From Caldisericia bacterium (GTDB lineage Bacteria; Caldisericota; Caldisericia; JAAYUI01), in contig OY771555.1 in NCBI GenBank assembly GCA_963674785.1, positions 1,792,001 to 1,856,000 of the forward strand: a stretch of 64,000 nt of DNA, in the 5' to 3' direction. Below, piece by piece: positions 23,601-32,210 of this stretch. Each line of letters opens with the position of its first letter. Within the stretch, counting starts at the first letter, position 1. The position numbers and the translations under genes are program-made. A model generated the notes under the pieces. That model was given only the letters and a program-made list of their open reading frames with translations, ran no database searches and had not been told where the DNA came from.

Positions 23601-26600
23601 TTACAACGTTGCTATCATTATCATCTAGGCTGACTTCTTCCCACGGGGCAAGTCCACCATCTTCTGCATCAATCCATTCAAGCATAATATCACTTTTATC
23701 TAATTCAGGTTTTCGGATTTTTCCATCTTCATCAAGAGTAACCTTCACACCTTTTGTTTCAGGGATCCATTCTACATCGGCACCAAAGGCCTCTCCAACA
23801 AACCTAAATGGGACAAAAGTTCTTCCCTCAACTATCATTGGAGCCCTCACAAGTTTAGTTTTTGTGCCGTTAATCTTGCCTTCAAGATTGTCTATCTGAA
23901 TCTCAATAAGAGTTTTTCCAAGAACAGCAATAACTGTTCTCGAATCAGCTTCCCACTTAATATCGGCACCAAATGCTTCTCCAATAAATCGAAATGGCAC
24001 CATAGTTGTATCAATATGAATAAACGGCGGGTTTTCTAAGTTGTAATCTTCGCCATTTACTTTTGCATCTTTTGAATCGATTTGAACTTCAATGATCTTT
24101 TTGTTACTTTTTACAAAATACCCAACAGGAAGTTTTGCCTCGACCGCTCCAGAACTAACAATCAGATTTGCCCTATATTGTTTGTCTGGCTCGATCTTTG
24201 ACTCATCCACCCAAACATTGATGATATCAGAAACCTCAGTGTTCAAAGTATTTGGATAACATATCAACCAGTCCTCATCAACTTCAATTTTGCACTCAAC
24301 TTCTCGATTGGATTCAATTTTATATGATTCCAAATCCTCCACTATGGAAATAGATATTTTTAACTCTTCAATATCCAAAGTCAACGTGTGAACTTCAGGT
24401 TCTTCATCAATAGAGATAAGGATTCCAAGTTCAATCAACAGCTCTCCTGGTAGATAAACATCTCCATTGCTTGCTTCAACCACAGGGGATGAAAGCTTAA
24501 ACGGACTATGACCAATCACCGAAACATCTGAACCCAACCACAGTCTAACGATTTTGTCACCCGCAACGATTGTTCTCTGATTTCCATCGGAAGAAATATC
24601 AAGACCAAAAGCCATAGAGATAACCGATGATGGATAAAGGAAACCAAAATCAGTTGCGATCAACTTATTTTTTATGGAACGGGTACTGCCAGCAATTATT
24701 ACCGAATTGCTTTCTGGTTCTAATTCAACCTCTATAACCGGAGAGCTACTGGATACAACGGTTACAGGTATTAAAACCACACCACCTGTTGTATCAATTG
24801 TTAACATACAGGTGTTCAGTCCTCTGTCTGTCACCTTGGAAATATCAACAGTTGCTGAAACTTTTGTTAGCTGGGGATCAAGAACATTTGGTGTGATTGT
24901 CATCCAATCCGAGCATGCTTTTATCGTTCCTTCAATTGGTCCCTCACCGATATTTTCAACCTCAAACGATATGCTCTTTTTCCCAAGCTCATCTGGGATG
25001 TATCCAAAATTTAGCATATCTTTCGAAACCGAAAGCATTGGTCTTGGTTCATAGTTTATAACAAGTTTCTTTTCAATCTTGTATCCAGTTCCGACCTGGT
25101 TTGATGTTACAGTGATTTCATTATCACCATCTGACAGTGTTAGGTTTAGCTTAAACAAACCGCTCGCGGAAGCAGTTGTTGCCCTTCCTCCGACATAAAC
25201 CATTGAACCTTTTCCAGTATAACCGGTAAGCTCATATTCAGGATTTGTTGCAAGTATCTTTTCTTCATCCTGCCCATCAACAAACAGATAGAACGGATCG
25301 GACATTTTGGAAACAATATGGGTTATCACACGTGCGACAAGCTCAATTCCTTCAATTGAAACATTTTCAAAAGTATCATCTGGGACATGATATTTCTGTG
25401 GTCCACGACCAAGGACAAAAACTGCCGGGACACCCTTCTGGGCAAAAGGACCATGATCTGAATTATTGCTTGCATTGAAATAAACATAATCCACACCAAG
25501 TATTGAACAGGAATTTTTGAAGATACCGGACAAATGTGTATGACTTGAATCATACCCAAAAGCAACCGCATTCTGGTTTCCAGAAACCATATCCATGTTT
25601 AAAACTGTCATACCTTCAAGAGGGAATGGGGGATTGTTTGCCATATGGGTTGAACCAAGAAGACCAATTTCCTCTCCAGAAAACGCAACAAAGGCTATGT
25701 TTATGTTGCTTCTTATATCTGAGCTTGTCAAAACTCTTGCAACCTCAAGCATGGCAGCAGTTCCTGAACCGTTATCTGCAGCACCATTGTAGACTTCACC
25801 CATTGGATCAATTCCAACATGGTCATAGTGAGCAGTAATCATTACCGTTTGGTTTGCACCAAATGGATCAGATGCTGGGATATACCCAACAACATTTGAT
25901 GTATCAACACTCTCCTCAACTCTGATATTGACTTCGATACTTGCTTTTATATCTTTCAATGCAAAAGAATTTGGAGCTTTTATTTCATCAATAGAATCAA
26001 AAAGCTCTTCAGGTGTATAACCGTTATTTTCGAGCAATTTCTTTGAGCCATCATATGACATGAAAAGACAAGGCACACGCTCATTATATCCGGTTCCCTG
26101 TTTGATGTTTATGTTGTTTTGATTTCTTTCAGGTAGCTTAGGGTTTTCCATGATAATTACACCAACAGCTCCATGGTTTACGGCGTTTGCGATCTTTGTA
26201 TTGTAATACATCACACTGTAAAGGGATTCATTTTCCTCAAACATGCTTTGAATAAACATCGGGGCATGTCTAAAAATTACCGCAATTTTCCCATCAACAT
26301 CTACATCTTTATAGTCATCATATTCCAAACCTTCGGCAGACACGGTGATTCCAAAACCAGCAAAAACAAGTGGAGTATTCACCGTCTTTCCAGAACCAGA
26401 AACCACACAGATATTATAATCCTCTCGATACTTCATCTCGAAAGGAGCTTCACCATCAGCATCTCTTATATCAAATCTTAAAGGAGCTTCAGGATACCAC
26501 AATGGAACATTGTAGTGTTGAAGATAAGTTCCATCATCACCAGCAGGAGTTAGACCCATTTTTGCAAACTCACCCGATATGTAATCTCTAGCCAAAGTTA

Positions 26601-26799
26601 TACCGGGATCGCCTTCCATTCTTCCACGGAATTCGTCGGATGAAATCGTCTTGACATAGTTTGAGATAGAATCAAAACTAACTTGGTTAACCAAACCAGC
26701 ATATGAAAAATCAGATCTGGCTATCGAAACACCAACATTGGCGAGACTAAAAACCAGAATAACTGACAATAATAGGCTTATCTTGCTCCTGAACTTCAT
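20695..26799 (-). CDS. 2034-aa secreted M28 aminopeptidase (PA domain) with Ig/BACON, stalk and thioredoxin domains
   Basis: Signal peptide; AHYDH, GAADNGSG, GEEIGL, NMDM, SDH and YH M28 motifs; stalk motifs; WATWCPPC. Confidence 0.87.
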   Translation of the reverse strand: MKFRSKISLLLSVILVFSLANVGVSIARSDFSYAGLVNQVSFDSISNYVKTISSDEFRGRMEGDPGITLARDYISGEFAKMGLTPAGDDGTYLQHYNVPLWYPEAPLRFDIRDADGEAPFEMKYREDYNICVVSGSGKTVNTPLVFAGFGITVSAEGLEYDDYKDVDVDGKIAVIFRHAPMFIQSMFEENESLYSVMYYNTKIANAVNHGAVGVIIMENPKLPERNQNNINIKQGTGYNERVPCLFMSYDGSKKLLENNGYTPEELFDSIDEIKAPNSFALKDIKASIEVNIRVEESVDTSNVVGYIPASDPFGANQTVMITAHYDHVGIDPMGEVYNGAADNGSGTAAMLEVARVLTSSDIRSNINIAFVAFSGEEIGLLGSTHMANNPPFPLEGMTVLNMDMVSGNQNAVAFGYDSSHTHLSGIFKNSCSILGVDYVYFNASNNSDHGPFAQKGVPAVFVLGRGPQKYHVPDDTFENVSIEGIELVARVITHIVSKMSDPFYLFVDGQDEEKILATNPEYELTGYTGKGSMVYVGGRATTASASGLFKLNLTLSDGDNEITVTSNQVGTGYKIEKKLVINYEPRPMLSVSKDMLNFGYIPDELGKKSISFEVENIGEGPIEGTIKACSDWMTITPNVLDPQLTKVSATVDISKVTDRGLNTCMLTIDTTGGVVLIPVTVVSSSSPVIEVELEPESNSVIIAGSTRSIKNKLIATDFGFLYPSSVISMAFGLDISSDGNQRTIVAGDKIVRLWLGSDVSVIGHSPFKLSSPVVEASNGDVYLPGELLIELGILISIDEEPEVHTLTLDIEELKISISIVEDLESYKIESNREVECKIEVDEDWLICYPNTLNTEVSDIINVWVDESKIEPDKQYRANLIVSSGAVEAKLPVGYFVKSNKKIIEVQIDSKDAKVNGEDYNLENPPFIHIDTTMVPFRFIGEAFGADIKWEADSRTVIAVLGKTLIEIQIDNLEGKINGTKTKLVRAPMIVEGRTFVPFRFVGEAFGADVEWIPETKGVKVTLDEDGKIRKPELDKSDIMLEWIDAEDGGLAPWEEVSLDDNDSNVVIDSFEVIGDNIEVTKVDSDSVKVTSVYSADGFFGKNYVLISTNNGRLICTVDVNIYPKGTIFFDSSETKTWYINGQIQTDKIIGIDGLVSTNSDKIISAVGGSYGFDSVAKELSIFVDGKNLRLNVDNGDFLLNDELMNWKFDFEVMNETNVYLPWTVYSLAFGWQIGESTDGKTVSMIGKKETDSFLITDKKSFDLVYSESVFSYKMDDFSCPVYPMKSGNVYNSTDDEENFKLYCFFDTSDESSALIPYIESIHDRYFGKGLKTYLVSAEIPTDTYVESFFSGNRIIKENLAKMSLTNVTTPIIFDTVGQVCSEFPGSEFPRIYVADNDNKLVFWLPQYSSDQMLYLEQAIIKIIDGYGFIPPDIDSINISNSGGKAGSGRVTSSSSAITVLNGAFDKSPAKVALSFNPDEINWNKSYESFEVTLLGNSNSVHLPIRCWNIGLDQTLTSFHDGLDEIKIDGLVKPLPEKCESGDEPYGPIGLILESIGSNVIFPSSNSVRIISGGNDVTFDLGSKFVNDSGREIEFSKTFEMIGGFLYGPVKLLAEFTDSTISQFDDATVIISKKVKGSVTEPILEVDSTRIQINDFQDRLGGYRPAPNFNLRNYPLSEGGKTELEEIVSRDNVDLVLIDIWATWCPPCKMGMPYIERLHRLYKDNGLYVMGVITDAEGITDDDILDTLESDSRIKTNLKKLGLDKITYPMVYDDKPEKTAQIAYEAKSIPRLVLVDKNMQWVHTEIGFWEQGVRNLEYKIRRILGIEENAKIPEVKISNGGVGVLSGTVSVDLPYIKPSINDFETGDEISLTFEIGFDTPLVPERGFVTVESNGGTRLIPIEYNPFRENANLEILIDTKDFTVEINNHDTGVLIESRADGTSILVDASALLSVLGGELKVLPDRKRCVGRFEVWDLSLAHDENEIHAGLERFKANKPVIIEGSKVFVEFESICEIIGAYCEPKKGKDKIYLEYTP

Positions 26800-26810
26800 T
26801 GATTTACTCC

Positions 26811-28007
26811 TTAAGAAAGCAACTCTGTCAAAGCGCCTGTAAACACATCAATCTCTTCAATAGTGTTATAAAGATATGTCGAAACCCTAAGAGTTCCCTC
26901 TATTCCAGTTTTATTAAACCAGCCATGCACGCAATGTCTTCCTGCCCTCATCATGATGTTGACCATATCATCAAGAGCCATAGAAAGATCATGAACATTG
27001 AAATCTTTAACAGTGATACTCGTTATTCCACCTCTGTCCTCCGCCTTTTGTGGGCCAATAATTGAAACATCGGGAAGTTTTTCGAGTGCTAGCTGGAGGT
27101 GTTTGTTTAATTCAATTTCGTGCTTATGAACATTTTCAAGACCGATATTTTCCAAGTATTCAACAGCATGTTTGACAGAGATAATACCTGCATAATTCTG
27201 AAGTCCCGCTTCAAATTTTCTTGGTGCATCAAGGAAATTCGCATGGTCATATGAAACATCAAGAACCGTTCCACCACCTCTTAAGAACATATTCAGATTA
27301 TCAAGGTCATCCTTTTTTCCGTAAAGGATTCCAATTCCAGTTGGTCCACACATCTTGTGAACAGAAAGAGTCAAAAAGTTACATCCGATTTCTTGAACAT
27401 TAAAGCTCTGATGTGCAGCACCCTGCGCACCATCGATGCAAGTCATCACACCATTTTCTGAAGCGATTTTGCATAAGTCTTTTACCGGAGCAGTCTCTCC
27501 ATCAAGGTTAGATGTCATCACACAGCTCAGAAATCTTGGCTTATGTGTTTTTATTGCGTCTTCCCATTTTTGAAGAGAAAAAAGACCATTATCACCAGGT
27601 TCAACAACAACAACCTTCACACCAATACTTCTTAGGTGTTGCCATGGAAGGAAATTTGAGTTGTGTTCTTTTCCTGAAACAAGCATCACATCTCCACTTT
27701 TCCAATCAATTCCATTGGCAACAATATTTATTGATTCCGTAGTATTTTTTGTAAAAACAATCTCGTTGTGAGATTTTGCACCAATATATCGCTGCATTGC
27801 CTTTCTTGAGGCAAGCATGGCATCATTCATTCTGTAAGCCAATTTATGACCAGATCGCCCTTCACAAACAGGATATTCTCTGTAGTACTCTGTGATTGCA
27901 TCAATTACGACATTCGGCTTGAGAGTCATACAGGCATTATCGAAATAGATCGGTGGATTTTCTGTTGCCAAAAGAGGGAAATCATTTCTGTACTTTTTAT
28001 CTATCAT
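26811..28007 (-). CDS. sufS: SufS-type cysteine desulfurase (class V aminotransferase)
   Basis: IYFDNA, EHNSN, SVHKMCGPTG PLP Lys, RAGRHC catalytic Cys. Confidence 0.85.
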   Translation of the reverse strand: MIDKKYRNDFPLLATENPPIYFDNACMTLKPNVVIDAITEYYREYPVCEGRSGHKLAYRMNDAMLASRKAMQRYIGAKSHNEIVFTKNTTESINIVANGIDWKSGDVMLVSGKEHNSNFLPWQHLRSIGVKVVVVEPGDNGLFSLQKWEDAIKTHKPRFLSCVMTSNLDGETAPVKDLCKIASENGVMTCIDGAQGAAHQSFNVQEIGCNFLTLSVHKMCGPTGIGILYGKKDDLDNLNMFLRGGGTVLDVSYDHANFLDAPRKFEAGLQNYAGIISVKHAVEYLENIGLENVHKHEIELNKHLQLALEKLPDVSIIGPQKAEDRGGITSITVKDFNVHDLSMALDDMVNIMMRAGRHCVHGWFNKTGIEGTLRVSTYLYNTIEEIDVFTGALTELLS

Positions 28008-28201
28008 GATGCACTCCCACATGAACTACATGAGGATGATTCACATCCCTCGCATCCAGATTTTGATCCGGCAATCTTAGAGATTAGCTTTATTGTTGAT
28101 TTGCTTTTACAGTATGGACAGTCGGGGTTATCCGCTTCCATTTCTACAAGTTCACTAAACTCTTTTCCACAATCTTGACATCTGTACTCATAAATTGGCA
28201 T
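28004..28201 (-). CDS. FmdB-family zinc-ribbon protein
   Basis: MPIYEYRCQDCG...CPYC plus a Cys-rich tail. Confidence 0.88.
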   Translation of the reverse strand: MPIYEYRCQDCGKEFSELVEMEADNPDCPYCKSKSTIKLISKIAGSKSGCEGCESSSCSSCGSAS

Positions 28202-28604
28202 CTTCGATACCCTCCTTGCTTTCCTCTAGTATTGATTCAGTTTTTCTGATCTCAACAAGGGTTTGGTCTATTACTTTTTTTATAAAATCAACCGCTTGGG
28301 TTTTCATTTGTTCAACTTTTGCTTGTGTCTCATCAAGAATCTCTTTTGATTTCTTTTCAGCAGCAGCAGTTGAATCTGTAGAGAGCTTTAACTTCTCAGC
28401 TTCATCTTTTGCTTTTTCAAGTATATTCTCGCGCTGTTTGATAACCTCGGAGGCATCCTCAAATTCAACAGGAAAATTGACAATTATCCTGTCAAGAAGC
28501 TCAAGAATCTTTTTTTGTGGAATCATGACAGTTTCCGAAAAAGCGGATTTTTTTGAGTTTATGATCAGATCCCTCATCTCCTCAAGATCTTTTATTACTC
28601 CCAT
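28188..28604 (-). CDS. Coiled-coil protein commonly found downstream of coaD
   Basis: PVEFEDASEVIKQRENILEKAKDEAE pattern; rsmD-coaD context. Confidence 0.7.
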   Translation of the reverse strand: MGVIKDLEEMRDLIINSKKSAFSETVMIPQKKILELLDRIIVNFPVEFEDASEVIKQRENILEKAKDEAEKLKLSTDSTAAAEKKSKEILDETQAKVEQMKTQAVDFIKKVIDQTLVEIRKTESILEESKEGIEDANL

Positions 28605-28607
28605 TTA

Positions 28608-29099
28608 TCATCCTTTCTCAAAGAGCTCAACCACCTCTTGCGGGACAAACGGTGAAATGTCACCACCACCCCTCGCAACCTGTTTGACAAGTGTTGATGA
28701 AATAAAGCTATATTCGGGTTCTGACATCAAAAAAACTGTTTCAAGGTCTTTATTAACCAGGGCATTTGTTACAGCCATTTTGTATTCATATTCAAAATCA
28801 GAAGCTGTTCTGAGTCCTCTTATGATTGTTTTGATACCTAAATCAGCCGCAAGTGACACCAGCAATTTATTAAATTTAATTACCTCTACAGATTTATTGC
28901 CTTTAAAAATATCTTTAAAAATATCTACTCTCTGATCGGTACTAAAAATAGGATTTTTGCCAGGGGAGTCAGCAACAGCAACAACAACATTTCCAAAAAG
29001 CTTCGACGCTCTTTTAATTAACGAGGTGTGACCAAGTGTTGGTGGATCAAATGTTCCCGGATACAACACTCTCGTAGAAACAAAGTTTTGTTCTTCCAT
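28608..29099 (-). CDS. coaD: Pantetheine-phosphate adenylyltransferase
   Basis: YPGTFDPPTLGH, IRGLR..DFEYE, ISST. Confidence 0.96.
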   Translation of the reverse strand: MEEQNFVSTRVLYPGTFDPPTLGHTSLIKRASKLFGNVVVAVADSPGKNPIFSTDQRVDIFKDIFKGNKSVEVIKFNKLLVSLAADLGIKTIIRGLRTASDFEYEYKMAVTNALVNKDLETVFLMSEPEYSFISSTLVKQVARGGGDISPFVPQEVVELFEKG

Positions 29100-29640
29100 A
29101 CCGTTTTACCTTTGTTCTCCTTAAACTGAGAATGTTTTCAGGATACTCCGAATCAGATTCAACTTCAACAACAAGATAACCAAACTCAGATAGGCACGCA
29201 ATTCCATGTTTTATTATCTCTTCAAACTCATCATACTTCATGGCATATGGTGCATCTGAAAAGATTATATCAAACTTTAGTCCGTCCCTTTGAGCTTTGC
29301 TTAAGAATCTTCCGGCCTCAGAGCGTTTGATTTCAACAAGTCTTTCTATACCAAGAGTTTTTACGGCAGCCATACAAACTCGAATCGAAGCCATGCTCAT
29401 ATCAATCAACCAAGATTTTTTTGCCCCTCTTGAAACCGCTTCTATTCCATTTGCACCAGTTCCAGCAAACAAATCCAAAAAAACTTTTCCTTTAATATCT
29501 GGCCCAATAATATGAAAAAGCGCTTCTCTGACAAGGTCTTTTGTTGGTCTGCCTGTGAAATCGGAGTTTATCTTTATTCGTCTTCCGCGGTGGGTTCCGC
29601 CAATAATTCTAATTGTGGTGGATTTCTTTTTTTCTGTCAT
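29047..29640 (-). CDS. rsmD: 16S rRNA m2G966 methyltransferase
   Basis: RIIGG..RGR, RPT...REALF, LDLFAGTG, DAPY; start at MTEKK because the ORF extension runs through a tRNA. Confidence 0.9.
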   Translation of the reverse strand: MTEKKKSTTIRIIGGTHRGRRIKINSDFTGRPTKDLVREALFHIIGPDIKGKVFLDLFAGTGANGIEAVSRGAKKSWLIDMSMASIRVCMAAVKTLGIERLVEIKRSEAGRFLSKAQRDGLKFDIIFSDAPYAMKYDEFEEIIKHGIACLSEFGYLVVEVESDSEYPENILSLRRTKVKRYGRTKLCFYESVVSGNI

Positions 29641-29647
29641 AAGAGGA

Positions 29648-29723
29648 TGGTGGACCTGAGGGGATTCGAACCCCTGACCTTCTGCATGCCATGCAGACGC
29701 GCTGCCAGCTGCGCCACAGGCCC
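29648..29723 (-). tRNA. tRNA-Ala(GGC)
   Basis: 76-nt cloverleaf GGGCCTG...CAGGTCCACCA, anticodon GGC, G3-U70, TTCGAA T-loop, encoded CCA. Confidence 0.96.
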
Positions 29724-29733
29724 ATGGAACAAA

Positions 29734-29761
29734 ATCATACATTTTATGTGCTCTCTGTCAA
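29734..29761 (-). promoter_or_regulatory. Sigma70 promoter for tRNA-Ala(GGC)-rsmD
   Basis: TTGACA-16 nt-TATGAT just upstream of the tRNA. Confidence 0.65.
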
Positions 29762-29784
29762 GGTTTTGAATTATATACTTGTGC

Positions 29785-30378
29785 CTATGATTTACCATTC
29801 TTGATCCTCTCACACTTTATTTGATTTATCAACGCATCCACGAGAAACAAAATTGATGAATCAAAATCTATATCAAATGCTGTATCCTTTGAGATTGTTT
29901 TTTTAAAAAACATCCCAAAGATTGACCCGAAATACACAGAGAGAATGTCACGGATTTTCTTTCGGGAAAGACTGAGTTTTTTGGAAAGATATCTAGTTAC
30001 ACTCTCCGCAACAATCTTCGAATAAGTTGCCAAAGGTAATTCAAGATTATCAACCCAAATATCTCGTTTGATCTCCATTCTTATTAGGTCAACATTTTGT
30101 GAAAACATCGAAATCATTTTCTTTCCAAGTGTCAAAAGATATTCATGTGGTGAATCGATATCCTTTAGACTATCAGGATTAAAGTTGGATTTGTTAAAAA
30201 AATGCTCAAACACCTTTATATACAAGTTTTCTTTTGACTTGAAGTTTCTGAAAATTGTAATTTCATTCACATCTGCACAAATTGCGATTTCTTTTGTTGA
30301 AACATTATAAAATCCTTTTTCAGAAAATATCTTTTTTGCAGTGTCTAATATTAACTCTGCTTTATTTTGGGTGCTCAT
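29785..30378 (-). CDS. TetR/AcrR-family regulator
   Basis: FSEKGFYNVSTKEIA..ADVNEITIFRNFKSKENL HTH. Confidence 0.93.
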   Translation of the reverse strand: MSTQNKAELILDTAKKIFSEKGFYNVSTKEIAICADVNEITIFRNFKSKENLYIKVFEHFFNKSNFNPDSLKDIDSPHEYLLTLGKKMISMFSQNVDLIRMEIKRDIWVDNLELPLATYSKIVAESVTRYLSKKLSLSRKKIRDILSVYFGSIFGMFFKKTISKDTAFDIDFDSSILFLVDALINQIKCERIKNGKS

Positions 30379-30431
30379 TATTCTCCTCAAATCGCTCCTC
30401 GTTTTAGTTGATTTAGACCAAAAACAAATCT

Positions 30432-31379
30432 TTATTTCAAGAAATTAGTTTTAATCTTTTTATACTCATTATTGTTGAATGTACATTCTTTGATACAGAC
30501 ACTGCAACCACTTGTTTTAATAAAATACGGAAAACATTTCTCTCGATCAATATAAGTGCTGTTACCTGAAGGATTATCCTTTTTTTCTTTTAAAATTGCA
30601 CTCATTGGGCATTTTTCTATACACCTTCCACAGGTTCTACAAAAATCTTCAATCCATTTATGTGAATTTTCACCTTCAAAAAAAGGAAGATTTTTAATGC
30701 TAGTATAAACAGTCGCAATTCTAAATCTAGGCCCATACCAAGGAGTGATCAACAAGCCATGTTTTCCAATCCACCCAAGACCTGCTTTTTGTGCTATTGG
30801 AGGATAATATGAACTCCCTAACAACGGGTGACCAGCTTGTGCTGCAAAACCTAGTTTTCGTATCCCAACCACAATATCATTTGCTGAATATCCCAAATTT
30901 CTATAAATCTCATGCACAGCTTCGCCAGTCTGAACTGATGGTGCCATCGCAATTCTTTTTTTGTCCATCTCCATCAACAAGACAATTACATTATCATATA
31001 AAACTGCCTTATTTTGAAAAATCATTTCAGCCAGTAGTTTTGTATAACTAAAGTGTTTTACACCACATTTCATAATGATTTGCTCAATTTTTTTCAACTC
31101 CTCTTTTGAAGCTATCTCTTTTGATAAAACAGGATTATCTCGGATGGACTTATAACCTTCAAAAATTCCAGCTAGGCTACCAAATTGTAAAAACTTTGTC
31201 CTAATTGAACCTTTTGGCATTTGGCCACTCTTCATCGCCTCTTCAATTATTTCAAATCTCATTGTTGATGTGTCTGTTCCTCTGATGCTATTTTTTAAGT
31301 TATATAGATCATTTTCATACTTTAAAACCTTAGGAAATAAGAACTTCTTCATCATATTTGTTATAATATTACCCAACAT
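30432..31379 (-). CDS. Reductive dehalogenase/QueG-like 2x[4Fe-4S] protein (putative cobalamin-binding)
   Basis: AGLGWIGKHGLLITP.YGPRFR, CxxCxxCxxxCP and C...GCSVCIKEC. Confidence 0.8.
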   Translation of the reverse strand: MLGNIITNMMKKFLFPKVLKYENDLYNLKNSIRGTDTSTMRFEIIEEAMKSGQMPKGSIRTKFLQFGSLAGIFEGYKSIRDNPVLSKEIASKEELKKIEQIIMKCGVKHFSYTKLLAEMIFQNKAVLYDNVIVLLMEMDKKRIAMAPSVQTGEAVHEIYRNLGYSANDIVVGIRKLGFAAQAGHPLLGSSYYPPIAQKAGLGWIGKHGLLITPWYGPRFRIATVYTSIKNLPFFEGENSHKWIEDFCRTCGRCIEKCPMSAILKEKKDNPSGNSTYIDREKCFPYFIKTSGCSVCIKECTFNNNEYKKIKTNFLK

Positions 31380-31392
31380 AAATTCTCCTTTG

Positions 31393-31414
31393 TATGCAAG
31401 TACTTACTTACATA
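31393..31414. promoter_or_regulatory. Putative TetR operator
   Basis: TATGCAAGTA-CT-TACTTACATA inverted repeat (one mismatch) between a TTGACT/TAATAT promoter and the SD. Confidence 0.65.
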
Positions 31415-31536
31415 TTATCATTCTATACTATAAAGTCAACGCTTCACTCAACACACGCTTTAAAAGAACTCTGTTTAACTGGACTATCCAACGCAACCAG
31501 ATATAATAACAACCAAAACTGTCAAAGGAGTGCTAC

Positions 31537-31974
31537 ATGTACACAATCGGTGCATTTGCAATAATCCAAAATGAAAAAGGGGAAGTATTACTTTGCCATC
31601 GACGAGACATGGACATCTGGAATCAGCCTGGAGGAAGAGTTGAGGTTGGAGAATCACCCTGGGCAGCTGTAATTCGAGAAGCCAAAGAGGAAACCGGACT
31701 CGATGTAAAAATTGAAAAATTTTTGGGAGTTTTTTCAAAACCTGAAAAACCTGACATCGTCTTTTCTTTTTTATGTAAACCTGTTTCAGGTGAGTTGCTT
31801 CTAAACAGCGAAGCAAAAGAAATCAAATACTTCAGTTTTGATAACATCCCCAAAAACACACTTAAAAAACAAGTACTAAGGATCAGTAGGTATTTAAAAA
31901 ATCCGGATAAGATTACCCTTGTCGAGCAATATAATGATGGAAGAGAGATTGATTCAGAAAAATATTTCATCTGA
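31537..31974 (+). CDS. NUDIX hydrolase
   Basis: PGGRVEVGESPWAAVIREAKEETGL Nudix box. Confidence 0.93.
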   Translation: MYTIGAFAIIQNEKGEVLLCHRRDMDIWNQPGGRVEVGESPWAAVIREAKEETGLDVKIEKFLGVFSKPEKPDIVFSFLCKPVSGELLLNSEAKEIKYFSFDNIPKNTLKKQVLRISRYLKNPDKITLVEQYNDGREIDSEKYFI

Positions 31975-32006
31975 TTATGGACGTTTCAATGTTTCGTTTT
32001 TCATCC

Positions 32007-32034
32007 TTGACACTTTAAATCGATTTGATATATT
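32007..32034 (+). promoter_or_regulatory. Sigma70 promoter of tRNA-Ile/Ala pair
   Basis: TTGACA-16 nt-TATATT with extended -10 TG. Confidence 0.65.
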
Positions 32035-32046
32035 AGTGGCTCATGT

Positions 32047-32123
32047 GGGCCTCTAGCTCAGTTGGTTAGAGCGCATCCCTGATAAGGATGAGGTCAGTGG
32101 TTCGAGTCCACTGAGGCCCACCA
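32047..32123 (+). tRNA. tRNA-Ile(GAT)
   Basis: 77-nt cloverleaf GGGCCTC...GAGGCCCACCA, anticodon GAT. Confidence 0.97.
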
Positions 32124-32134
32124 CTTTTACGGAT

Positions 32135-32210
32135 GGGGACGTAGCTCAGCTGGCAGAGCGCCTCCCTTGCACGGAGGAGGTCGAGCGTTCGAATCGCTTC
32201 GTCTCCACCA
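32135..32210 (+). tRNA. tRNA-Ala(TGC)
   Basis: 76-nt cloverleaf GGGGACG...CGTCTCCACCA, anticodon TGC, G3-U70. Confidence 0.97.

Noticed and set aside
29641-29742. N-terminal extension of the rsmD ORF (MYDFVPWACGAAG...)
   Set aside because: It is the in-frame read-through of tRNA-Ala(GGC); similarity to RsmD begins after MTEKK
30432-31379. Respiratory reductive dehalogenase
   Set aside because: No twin-arginine signal or rdhB gene, and the protein is short
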